A stretch of 64,000 nucleotides of DNA from an uncultured virus (IMG/VR IMGVR_UViG_3300029319_005559) (taxonomy: Duplodnaviria > Heunggongvirae > Uroviricota > Caudoviricetes): IMG/VR virus record IMGVR_UViG_3300029319_005559; one strand, given 5' to 3'. The notes beneath the pieces were generated by a model. That model saw only the letters and a list, made by a program, of their open reading frames with translations. It had not been told where the DNA came from and ran no database searches. Numbering within the stretch: the stretch's first letter is position 1; every line of letters begins with the position of its first letter. A program made the position numbers and the translations under genes. This document shows, piece after piece, positions 50,502-59,440 of this stretch.

Positions 50502-51880
50502 ATGTATAATATAAATAATCCTTCAAACTGGTCGTGGTCAAAAGCATTTGCTGAAGTAAATAACACGATCAGAAAAGCTGAACTCGAACAGCAAATTATG
50601 AATCACTTAGATAACTATTCTGGTAATCCAAAGTGGACTACATTCACTGACGATCAAAAAGACGATCACTATACAATCTTAACTGAATTACTATGATTAA
50701 CGATTTTATATACGAGTTTGAAATTACTCTGCCTGATGGTGAAGTATGCTATCAAGTGAACAATTCACCAAAGTTAACTAAAGAATTTGTTGACTTTTTA
50801 GAAGAAATAGATATTGATATTTACCAATGTATCTATAAAGTATTTAACACTCAAAGTGAACTATATGAATGAGAAAGAAGTAATAGAAAAGATCTGTGAT
50901 CGTTTAGTCACAGTACTTTATAACGAGCTAGACTATTATATGTTTGAAGAATTAGGTTATACCGAAACTAATGACAAGTATGTCGAAGACGCAGACAAGT
51001 TAATAGTAAAAATAATAAAAGAATTAAACAAATGATATTTATAGCATTTCCAATCGCGGCTGCACTAATCGTTAGTGTGACCATACTACTTGACACAGTA
51101 GTAGAACTATTTAATAATAAGTAATAATAATAATATGACAAAAGCAATTAAACTATTTTTAACAAAAGCAGTACAATGGAAATTACTAAAGATCTATGCT
51201 ACAATAATGACAAGTGCGTTAGCAGTAGTGTGGTTAATAGCAATGGTTAACGTAGTAAAAGAAATTGTAAGAACATTCTTTTAAATGAAAGTAACGACTA
51301 CATACCCTCACAAACAAATCAAGTTAACTCAGATAACTGAATATACTTTAGATGAAAAAGCCTTCTTCATCAACGAGTGTGAGGGTCGAGAAGTGTGGTC
51401 AACAGTAGAAGGAAAATATCAACGAGTAATAGAGATAAAAGACTATGATTAAAATAATTGACACTAAATTCAGTGTATACAGCGAAGTAAAACTAGTCGG
51501 TATGGCAGATATCGAACAAGATGGTGAAGACTTCAGAACTTATTTATCACTAAGATATCCACCTGATGAAGAGTATCGTAGATACAAAGGTGCGTTCTTT
51601 AGTGATCTCGACAGTGCTATGAAGTGGTGTCGTGAACAATTAACGCAAGAAAACTTGCAACACATATATGAAAGAGAGCAAATAGCTAATCAAGCTATGG
51701 CAGAGTTTTACTCACAAGAAAATAGATCTAAATATTTATACAATGAATGAAGAAGTATGGAGATCAATAGAAAAAGTTAGATGGTTGCAAACAAGAGAAC
51801 TAGCTAACAAATACCCTAATGACGCAGAGTTAGGTGCTGCAGTAAGAGATCTAATAAGAAAAACACCTGAAACGATATGA
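50502..51880 (+). other. Run of short early hypothetical ORFs (incl. 50502-50696, 50865-51035, 51445-51750)
   Basis: Closely packed plus-strand ORFs with no recognisable motifs. Confidence 0.55.
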
Positions 51881-52119
51881 AAAAGTTAATATTATTACTA
51901 GCATTAACTAGTTGCACTACTAAAAATAAGATATATTATTCTACTAACGTAGATAAGTGTATTCACAATTTAAATGAAATGCAAAGATGGTTACAGCAAG
52001 ACTATGCGAATGGTGACATACCTGAACATGTAGCTAATAACTATATGATAGTAATTATAAATACTAAATGTTCTTTATCTAAAAAGTATGGCAAGAAGAC
52101 GGAAGATTGTGTTGACTAA
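51877..52119 (+). CDS. Small lipoprotein
   Basis: Lipobox MKKLILLLALTSC. Confidence 0.6.
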   Translation: MKKLILLLALTSCTTKNKIYYSTNVDKCIHNLNEMQRWLQQDYANGDIPEHVANNYMIVIINTKCSLSKKYGKKTEDCVD

Positions 52120-52711
52120 AAAATGGAGTGACTACATAGATCTTCATAAAAATAGAGATTTTATAATATGTGGCAGAGGTAGGTCATTACAACTTTTAAA
52201 AGACACTAATTCTATACTTATTGGTGTAAATGACATAGAGAAATATAGATCTGTAGATTATTTAGTTGTAGTTGATAGAATAGCTCAATTTACAAGAGAA
52301 AATAGACACGAAGAAATATTAAACACTAAATCAAACACTTTCTTTACTCAAATAGATGAGTATGCAGTCGGTTATTCTAATTTCAATTACGATAAAGTAT
52401 GTAAAATAAACATAAAGAATATTAGACAAGATCATCAAATAGATAAAAATATTTGCTACGCAAGTAATAACTCAACATTTATAGCATGTAGCATAGCAAT
52501 AAATATGGGTGCTAGAAATATAGGTATTATAGGTGTAGACATAACAGGTCACAAGAGTTTAGCAAGTGAAAACTCTTTAAAAAAGATAAATAGAGATTAT
52601 AGTATATTAAATAACTTACATAAAATATACAATTTATCACCAATAAGTAAAATAGAAGCATTAGAAAGTATTAGTATTGACGACTTTCACAAATTAAATA
52701 CGAATGAGTAA
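52088..52711 (+). CDS. DUF115/MptE/Maf-like glycosyltransferase-related protein
   Basis: IICGRGRSL, IGVND, DYLVVVD and NST..A..IAINMGARNIGIIGVD motifs. Confidence 0.6.
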   Translation: MARRRKIVLTKKWSDYIDLHKNRDFIICGRGRSLQLLKDTNSILIGVNDIEKYRSVDYLVVVDRIAQFTRENRHEEILNTKSNTFFTQIDEYAVGYSNFNYDKVCKINIKNIRQDHQIDKNICYASNNSTFIACSIAINMGARNIGIIGVDITGHKSLASENSLKKINRDYSILNNLHKIYNLSPISKIEALESISIDDFHKLNTNE

Positions 52712-52719
52712 AGATAATA
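52688..52719 (+). promoter_or_regulatory. Early promoter motif copy 4
   Basis: CACAAATTAAATACGAATGAGTAAAGATAATA. Confidence 0.75.
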
Positions 52720-52724
52720 ATAAC

Positions 52725-52868
52725 ATGAAAACAATTAAATTTTACCCAAGCGATAGGTCACTAATAAGATTAGATGGCAAAATGATTAAAGGTTACAAGT
52801 TAAACGATGTACCATACGAGAGAAATAGTTGGTTCAATTATAAAGGTTTAACATTTGTAATCGACTAA
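52725..52868 (+). CDS. 47-aa early protein not in the ORF track
   Basis: MKTIKFYPSDRSLIRLDG...FNYKGLTFVID, directly after promoter copy 4. Confidence 0.55.
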   Translation: MKTIKFYPSDRSLIRLDGKMIKGYKLNDVPYERNSWFNYKGLTFVID

Positions 52869-52930
52869 TCCACGATCGCAGGCTTTTATGGCGGACGCGA
52901 GTGGAGGCTGAGTGACGGCTCAGCTTGGAT

Positions 52931-53006
52931 AGCGAGGTTCGGTGTCATATGTAAAAGTGATGAACTGTTCTAGACATGAGAGGTTCGACTCCTCTCTCTC
53001 GCTCTA
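52931..53006 (+). ncRNA. tRNA-like element 1 (acceptor and T arm only)
   Basis: AGCGAGG/TCTCGCT stem stacked on GAGAGG-TTCGACT-CCTCTC; no canonical D or anticodon arm. Confidence 0.55.
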
Positions 53007-53009
53007 AAT

Positions 53010-53086
53010 GGGCACGAAAGTTGGAAGGGTGCAACCGCGGCGTAAGCAAAGGTGCACAAACGGTGGTTCGATCCCACCCGTGTCCA
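53010..53086 (+). ncRNA. tRNA-like element 2 with alanine identity elements
   Basis: GGGCACG/CGTGTCC acceptor with G3-U70 and A73; T arm GGTGG-TTCGATC-CCACC; non-canonical interior. Confidence 0.65.
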
Positions 53087-53090
53087 CTAA

Positions 53091-53122
53091 CACAAATTAA
53101 ATACGAATACTAATAGATAATA
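53091..53122 (+). promoter_or_regulatory. Early promoter motif copy 5
   Basis: CACAAATTAAATACGAATACTAATAGATAATA. Confidence 0.75.
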
Positions 53123-53127
53123 CATAC

Positions 53128-53568
53128 ATGAAATGTACACATCACATACCAAAAGCAAGACTAGCACTAGGTTATACTACCTGTGTTCAATGCTCAACAG
53201 AGCAAAAGCTTGGCTGTATCGATACTATTAACCACAAAACAGGCAATAGTATACAAGTTATGTCACGTGAAGATGCCGATCAGGCAAGTAAATTACTTCA
53301 GCGTGCAGGTTATTCTACGTTACGTGCGTTATCAGGTAAATCTGCAATGCCAAAACGTAAAATACTTCATGGTTGTAGGCTAACTGACGTAGGCAGTGAC
53401 GAGCTTTATCAACAAGTCGGCAAGCAGTACATGGATTATCTTGACGTAGACAAAGACATTGCGCAGCGCTATCTCGATCGAGCGCTCAACAATTTTGAAA
53501 TATCTCAGTTGCAGTACAACAAGATCAAGCAAATTTGTTACAGACTAAATACGATCACTAGTAGATAA
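53128..53568 (+). CDS. Protein with DksA/TraR-like zinc-finger N-terminus
   Basis: C...IPKARL....TTCVQC. Confidence 0.5.
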   Translation: MKCTHHIPKARLALGYTTCVQCSTEQKLGCIDTINHKTGNSIQVMSREDADQASKLLQRAGYSTLRALSGKSAMPKRKILHGCRLTDVGSDELYQQVGKQYMDYLDVDKDIAQRYLDRALNNFEISQLQYNKIKQICYRLNTITSR

Positions 53569-53570
53569 TA
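53539..53570 (+). promoter_or_regulatory. Early promoter motif copy 6
   Basis: TACAGACTAAATACGATCACTAGTAGATAATA. Confidence 0.75.
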
Positions 53571-53583
53571 TATAAAAAAATAT

Positions 53584-55925
53584 ATGCAACAACATATAGA
53601 AGAAATAGCCAAAGATATAATGGCGGGTTTGTACGGCACCCAACAACATGCCGGTACTGAGTGGCAAAAGTGGACCTTCGCTCTTTTGCAAGCACGAAAG
53701 ATCTATGACGGAGAATTACTAATCGATACTAATCACACACCAACAATATGAGTGTTAAGCAATTAGAAATTACCAAAAAACTACAAAACTTGTACTCTTG
53801 GACACAATTCTATCAAGAAACTGGTAATAAAGAACAAATAAGAAAGTGTCAAACTGAGATCGCCCAGTTGAAAAAGGCGTATAACGAAACTAAAAAGAAA
53901 TAACATGAGCGACAAAGAAGCATTAGATGAGATAGTATTCATGGTAAATGACTTTGTAAACAATGCAGAATATGAATTACCTTGGAACTTTATATATGAT
54001 TTAATAAGGTTTATAGAACAAAATGTGATACATTGCGCTATGGATAATAACTATAAATAATATGGGAAATATGAGTTACTGCAGGTTTGAAAACACTGCA
54101 AATGATTTAGCAGACTGTGTGTCTGCACTAATGAGAAACGAAACTGAAGATCTAAACCATTATGAATTAAACGGATTAGCAAGAATATTAGAATATGCTA
54201 ATGACATTGTAGATATGGAAGATTATATAAACGATATACTAGATGCAAATGAAGACTAGAACAATGAACGAACTTAGGCAAGAGAAAACTTATGGTTATA
54301 AAGCACCATTTGGTATGACTCACAAAGAAGAAAAACCAAAAGGTTATTCAGAGATTGATATAGAAACTACTAAGGACCTGATATTCAACAGCTTAAAGAA
54401 TAAGTTTTACGATATGATATTTCAAGCAGTATGCGATGAAATGTCAAAGCATGAAGTGTTTCAAGAAGAAACTTATTTTACACCGCAAGGTATGGATGAG
54501 TTTGAAGATCAATGGTTTGAGTTTTATCACGAGCATCATGGTGATATACTAGGTTCTATAATGAAAGATTTTACAAACTAAATACGAACACTAATAGATA
54601 ATAATATTATGAAAAAATTTAATAAAATGGAGTCTAATCTTATATGTGATGCACTTGACTATTACGTTATACAATTAGAAGCTGACATAAAAGCTCTAGA
54701 AGAAAGCGGCAAAACATCTATATTTGCACCTGGGTTTTACCCAATGATAAAAGATGAACTAGTAGCCAAGATCAAAAAAGATATGACTAAAAAACAAACC
54801 TTTTAATACCTTAACCAAATGGCAATATGGAATGAAATACAAGAGCAGTTGAAAGAGTTGCAACAGCTACTTGATGAAAGAAAACAACTCGACCAAATAT
54901 ATAACCAATTAAAAAACCAACATGACGGAATCACAGATCCTAAGTAATCTACAAGCACTAGGTGCTAAAGATACAACAAGCGATGTACAAAAGAAAAACG
55001 GTACAACTTGCTTTACATTACCAACAGGTGACTGTATATCTGAACACAAAACAGGATATATCAGGAAAAATCTACTAAACAGCAATGGCGGTATATATAC
55101 GTGCTATCAATTAAATCCAACTTACAAAAGCGTTCATAAGTATATACTAGAAGATGGCAAGGTAAGAGTATTTGATAGAAATAACAGAATGTTAATATGG
55201 TCAAGAAAGCAAAGATTATACAAACTATTATTATACACTATAAAACAAATTAACAATGCTAGAAATTAGAAACGAAAGACTCGTAGAACTAGTTAAAAAT
55301 CATTTAAGTATATCTATATCTACTAGTTTAGACGACTGGTCTAACGTAGATTGTAGAGTATATAGTGAATGTACTGCAGACGGTTATGACTTATATGTTG
55401 TAACTAATGAAAAAGATCATCCTATTATATGTGAAGATTGCTATCAATATGATCATGATATTGCTGATGCAGTAAGAGAACAAATAAGATATGGAGATGA
55501 AACTTTTTATATTGATCTAGATTTATACAATGATTGCTACATACAAGATATGTTAATAGAATTATTTGTAGATCACGTAGAAGATATAGTTGAAGATGAT
55601 GACTTAGATATAACATTAGAAGAAATTAACTACTTAAAAGAAGAATATGGCCTCACAGAAGAAGTCGAAGACTGAACAAAAATTACCTAAATGGTTCAAA
55701 GGCATGGTATACAGAGAAGGTGCAGAAGTAACTAATCCTTTTTCAGGTGAATCATATGAACTAACAGGTGTAGAACTATCATTGTATGACTTTATAATGG
55801 GTTGTAATATGGTGTTTGAATCTGTACCTAACTCAATGACTAGCAAGAGAATAAAAGAATTTCAACAAGCATTAAACTGGTTTAGAGTAAATAATCCAGA
55901 AGCATATTATGTCTTGCTAGACTAA
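53584..55925 (+). other. Run of short early hypothetical ORFs (incl. 54062-54259, 54243-54581, 54609-54806, 54922-55269, 55256-55675, 55647-55925)
   Basis: Overlapping plus-strand ORFs; 54062 begins with MSYCRFENT..DL.DC, a recurrent phage pattern. Confidence 0.6.
54572..54603 (+). promoter_or_regulatory. Early promoter motif copy 7
   Basis: TACAAACTAAATACGAACACTAATAGATAATA. Confidence 0.75.
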
Positions 55926-55928
55926 TAA

Positions 55929-56197
55929 CGCGAATAAGCGCGTGAGAAGTGTAGGATGTGTGTAGTGTTGACATGAGCTACATTACGGAAGTGTATTCCA
56001 TCTTACTCACTTGGCAAGCTCGTACTTTCCCTTCGGCGTAAGCCCACAGGTGACGGTACGGGCTATTCGTGGTAGCACGTATGTGCTCACGAAATATATA
56101 AGGCGACCAGGCATCCTTTGAGTGCTCGTACCTAAGATACCCCAGTCATGGCTGTATAGCTATATGAAGCGGGTGACGGTACGGGCTTTTCGTGGTA
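55929..56197 (+). ncRNA. Tandem duplicated structured RNA candidate
   Basis: GC-rich intergenic island; 26-nt direct repeat (56049-56074, 56172-56197), each copy pairing with upstream partners. Confidence 0.6.
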
Positions 56198-56394
56198 TGA
56201 AACGATTTATAAAATTTACTACAATCTGGATAAGTCAAAACCTGGCAATACCATTTTGGATGGTAGGTCACATCCACTTATCAACCAATGTATACCAAGA
56301 TTTGTATGAAATAATAACTTCCATAGGATTAAATCTTGTAGTTTTTGCAGGTTTTATCATGGATTACAAACTAAATACGAAAGACAATGGATAA
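56197..56394 (+). CDS. Small membrane protein (65 aa)
   Basis: Start reassigned to MKRFIKF; two hydrophobic segments. Confidence 0.6.
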   Translation: MKRFIKFTTIWISQNLAIPFWMVGHIHLSTNVYQDLYEIITSIGLNLVVFAGFIMDYKLNTKDNG

Positions 56395-56396
56395 TA
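56365..56396 (+). promoter_or_regulatory. Early promoter motif copy 8
   Basis: TACAAACTAAATACGAAAGACAATGGATAATA. Confidence 0.75.
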
Positions 56397-56404
56397 ATAT
56401 TAAA

Positions 56405-56677
56405 ATGACAAACAAAGAGTTAGAAATACTAGCAGAATTGTTGTTCGATAAGCTAATGGAACGACAAGAAGAATACGACAGAGAGTTTGAAGAGTCTGTA
56501 CAAGACATGTTTAAAGCAGGTTTTACAGCTGAACTTAAATTAACTGAAGAAGAATTAATGATCGGTGAACTAGCAAGACTACAGACATTAATGATGTTAT
56601 ATGAAAACAAAGAAGAATATGAGAAAGCAGCAGTGCTTCTTAAAAAAGTAAATGACATTAAAAAGAGATTACGATAA
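56405..56677 (+). CDS. Helical protein with UVR-like C-terminus
   Basis: EEYEKAAVLLKKV; start likely MTNKEL, downstream of the promoter. Confidence 0.5.
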   Translation: MTNKELEILAELLFDKLMERQEEYDREFEESVQDMFKAGFTAELKLTEEELMIGELARLQTLMMLYENKEEYEKAAVLLKKVNDIKKRLR

Positions 56678-57531
56678 TGGAAATAAAACCAATGTTAGCC
56701 CATAAATACAACCCTGATAAAATCCAATATCCTGCTTACATTCAACCAAAGCTTGATGGTGTAAGGTGTGTATTTACAAAAGATGGTGCATTCAGCAGAA
56801 CAGGTAAGCAGTTTAAAAATGTAGATCACATTCAACTTGCACTAAAACCTACGTTTGCTAAATACCCTAATCTAATGCTTGACGGCGAACTATATAACCA
56901 CAAACTAAAAGATGACTTCGAAAAAATTATTTCATTAGTCAGAAAAACTAAACCAACTGATGAACATAGAGCTGATGCAGCTCAACTTGTACAATATCAC
57001 GTGTACGATCTATATACTGATCACAACACCGCATTTATATTTAAAACATACAGTGCAAGAAGAAACTTTATTATAGACATAAGCATGTCTTGGCTAGATA
57101 AACCAAGTTTAAAAGTCATTGATACTTATGCAGTTACAGATGAAGATCACGCAAGAGAATGGCATCAAGACTTTCTAAAAGATGGTTACGAAGGCTCTAT
57201 ATTACGTGATCCTACATCACATTACAAAAATGGCAGATCATATGGTTTAATGAAGTTTAAAGATTTTGATGATTCAGAAGCTACAATTGTAGGCTATGAA
57301 TTAGGTAAAGGTAAAAGAACAGGTACGCTTGGTAAGTTTATTATGTTAGATGACGAAGGTGTAGAGTTCGGTTGTCCACCGGGCAAAGGCTACAACTACA
57401 AAGATCTAGCAGCAATGCTCGATAACATTAATGACTATATAGGTCAGCGTGCTACCTTTACTTATTTTCAACGAACTAAAGCAGGTAGTTACAGACATCC
57501 GCTATACAAATGTATAAGAAATTATGAATAA
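56677..57531 (+). CDS. lig: ATP-dependent DNA ligase
   Basis: QPKLDGVRC (motif I), LDGELY, YHVYD, EGSILR and LMKFK. Confidence 0.92.
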   Translation: MEIKPMLAHKYNPDKIQYPAYIQPKLDGVRCVFTKDGAFSRTGKQFKNVDHIQLALKPTFAKYPNLMLDGELYNHKLKDDFEKIISLVRKTKPTDEHRADAAQLVQYHVYDLYTDHNTAFIFKTYSARRNFIIDISMSWLDKPSLKVIDTYAVTDEDHAREWHQDFLKDGYEGSILRDPTSHYKNGRSYGLMKFKDFDDSEATIVGYELGKGKRTGTLGKFIMLDDEGVEFGCPPGKGYNYKDLAAMLDNINDYIGQRATFTYFQRTKAGSYRHPLYKCIRNYE

Positions 57532-57663
57532 ATGTGAATTTTGTGGCAAGTTTATGACAGAAGAAGAATATAACTTCTGTGATATTTGTCCCGACTGTAG
57601 AGATAAAAACTATGAGTGGGAACAAAAAGCAGAAAACTTTATAAAAACAGGAAGTTATTACAA

Positions 57664-57927
57664 ATGAAGACTATAATACACGTAAATCAACACAAGATAC
57701 GTAGTAATTGTAAAAACAATGCTAATGAAGCAGTGTTGACTTGCAAGACATATAAATCTAATACTTACGCGCATGAAGCTGTTATATACGGCAAAGATGG
57801 TTTAGAGGCAGCTAGAATTATATACTCACCTAGTAAACCATTATCATGTGGTGCTAAAGTATGGATACAAACTGATAACAAAGTAGAAACATTAGATTAT
57901 GAGAAAATTGATATGGAAGTTGTATAA
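57664..57927 (+). CDS. Hypothetical protein
   Basis: MKTIIHVNQHKIRSN...KPLSCGAKVWI. Confidence 0.6.
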   Translation: MKTIIHVNQHKIRSNCKNNANEAVLTCKTYKSNTYAHEAVIYGKDGLEAARIIYSPSKPLSCGAKVWIQTDNKVETLDYEKIDMEVV

Positions 57928-58060
57928 TGAAAACATGATTAGTTTAGAAGTAGCTAATCTATTATTAGATAAATATTATGAATGATAAAGCAGACTGGTT
58001 TATTATATTACTTGCTTCGGCATGTTTACTGTGGACTATTATGTTTACAATATCTATACT

Positions 58061-58546
58061 ATGAATATATTTTATTTACATAGAGATCCTGTAAAAGCTG
58101 CACAGTACCAATACAACAAACATGTTGTTAAGATGATCTTAGAATCAGCCCAAATGCTTTGTACAGCACATCATGAAATAATGGGAGAAGATGCAAATGT
58201 ACCTTACAAACGTGCACATGTAAATCACCCATCAACTATATGGTGTAGAAGCTCAGCTGAAAATTATACTTGGCTTTATGATCACTTTTGTGCTTTATCT
58301 GAAGAATATACTAAACGTTACGGTAAAGTACATTTGTCATATACAAAGTGTGATCCTTATTTAAGATATTTACCTGGTGGATTGCCATACACAGGATTTA
58401 CACAACCACCTCAGGCTATGCCTGATGAATATAAAGATACATGTAGTGTTCAAGCATATTGGAATTATTACATAGGTGATAAGTTTAACATAGCTCACAA
58501 AGATGAAACAATTTATAAAACTAGGCCGTTGTGTGCGGCATCGTAG
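58061..58546 (+). CDS. Pyrimidine-dimer DNA glycosylase/endonuclease V-like protein
   Basis: MNIFYL, KHVVKMILESAQMLCTAH, HVNHPSTIW, EYTKRYGKVH and PPQAMPDEYK. Confidence 0.75.
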   Translation: MNIFYLHRDPVKAAQYQYNKHVVKMILESAQMLCTAHHEIMGEDANVPYKRAHVNHPSTIWCRSSAENYTWLYDHFCALSEEYTKRYGKVHLSYTKCDPYLRYLPGGLPYTGFTQPPQAMPDEYKDTCSVQAYWNYYIGDKFNIAHKDETIYKTRPLCAAS

Positions 58547-58782
58547 ATGTGTGCAAGATAGAGTGTTAGAATTACGAAAGAAAATATTTCATGATGCTAT
58601 GCATCGAGGTATTATAAATACAACAACAAAAGCATTATTGCTTAAATACAATAACTATTTAATTAAACTATATGGGAGCAAGTAAAAGAGATTATATGGA
58701 CTATTATAGCCATGCTACATTAGAAGAACTTATACGTATGTATAACTTAGACGCTGAAGAGCAAATGTGGTATGAAACATTA

Positions 58783-58827
58783 TGTGACAATAAGCCTAAA
58801 GATATAGAGTAGACAGCTAATGTCACA
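58783..58827. repeat. Inverted repeat TGTGACA-N31-TGTCACA overlapping the HTH gene start
   Basis: Right arm contains the ATG at 58820. Confidence 0.6.
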
Positions 58828-59440
58828 AAGAGCTATGAAATATCTACACGACAAACGCATCGTATATCGTCGGTATTCACCAGATCAAGCAACTGAAGAG
58901 TATGATTGGGGTTGGTATTATGCTGAAGGTACTTATGGGTACTATAGTCTGTTTCGTAGTAATGCAAAAATTAATACTTATAAATCTTTAAAATGGCATT
59001 TATTAACTTTGTGGTATTTAAATCCACGACTTGATTTAAAGCAATTTAAAGAATTAGCAAGTGTAATATCATATAAACCAAATGGTTTTGTTACATTCAA
59101 TGTAAATAAATGGCAACTTAATGATATGGTTAAAGATATATTTAATGAAGATCTTGAACGTCCACCTAAAAATAGGTTACGTAAAGTAGTATTTAAAGAT
59201 GGCACAGGTCTTGATACTTCAGAAAAACTAAGTATTGTTGGTAGTATTGTAGGTAGAAAGCGTATACAAGAAGAAGATATATACGACGCCATGCTTCATA
59301 TAAATGAGCAAGGTCAAAAAATTACAATATCAAAATTAGCTAAAGCCTTAAAATGCACATCACGTACAATACACAGAAACATGGGTGAAGAACTCAAAAA
59401 AGAAAAAGACAAACTAAATATTGACAATGAAAAAATATAA
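58820..59440 (+). CDS. DNA-binding protein with C-terminal HTH
   Basis: ITISKLAKALKCTSRTIHRNM. Confidence 0.7.
   Translation: MSQRAMKYLHDKRIVYRRYSPDQATEEYDWGWYYAEGTYGYYSLFRSNAKINTYKSLKWHLLTLWYLNPRLDLKQFKELASVISYKPNGFVTFNVNKWQLNDMVKDIFNEDLERPPKNRLRKVVFKDGTGLDTSEKLSIVGSIVGRKRIQEEDIYDAMLHINEQGQKITISKLAKALKCTSRTIHRNMGEELKKEKDKLNIDNEKI

Noticed and set aside
52966..52976. TTCTAGA as a CUA amber-suppressor anticodon loop, implying a recoded genome
   Set aside because: Only a 2-bp stem and no room for a variable loop; genes are intact in code 11 and TAG ends several genes
56051..56059. TGACGGTAC resembles a 16S rRNA segment
   Set aside because: Only a 9-nt match, and the flanks do not follow rRNA
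49562..56396. 32-bp repeats as a CRISPR array
   Set aside because: Spacing is irregular (130 bp to over 2 kb), the middle is degenerate, genes lie between copies, and there are no cas genes
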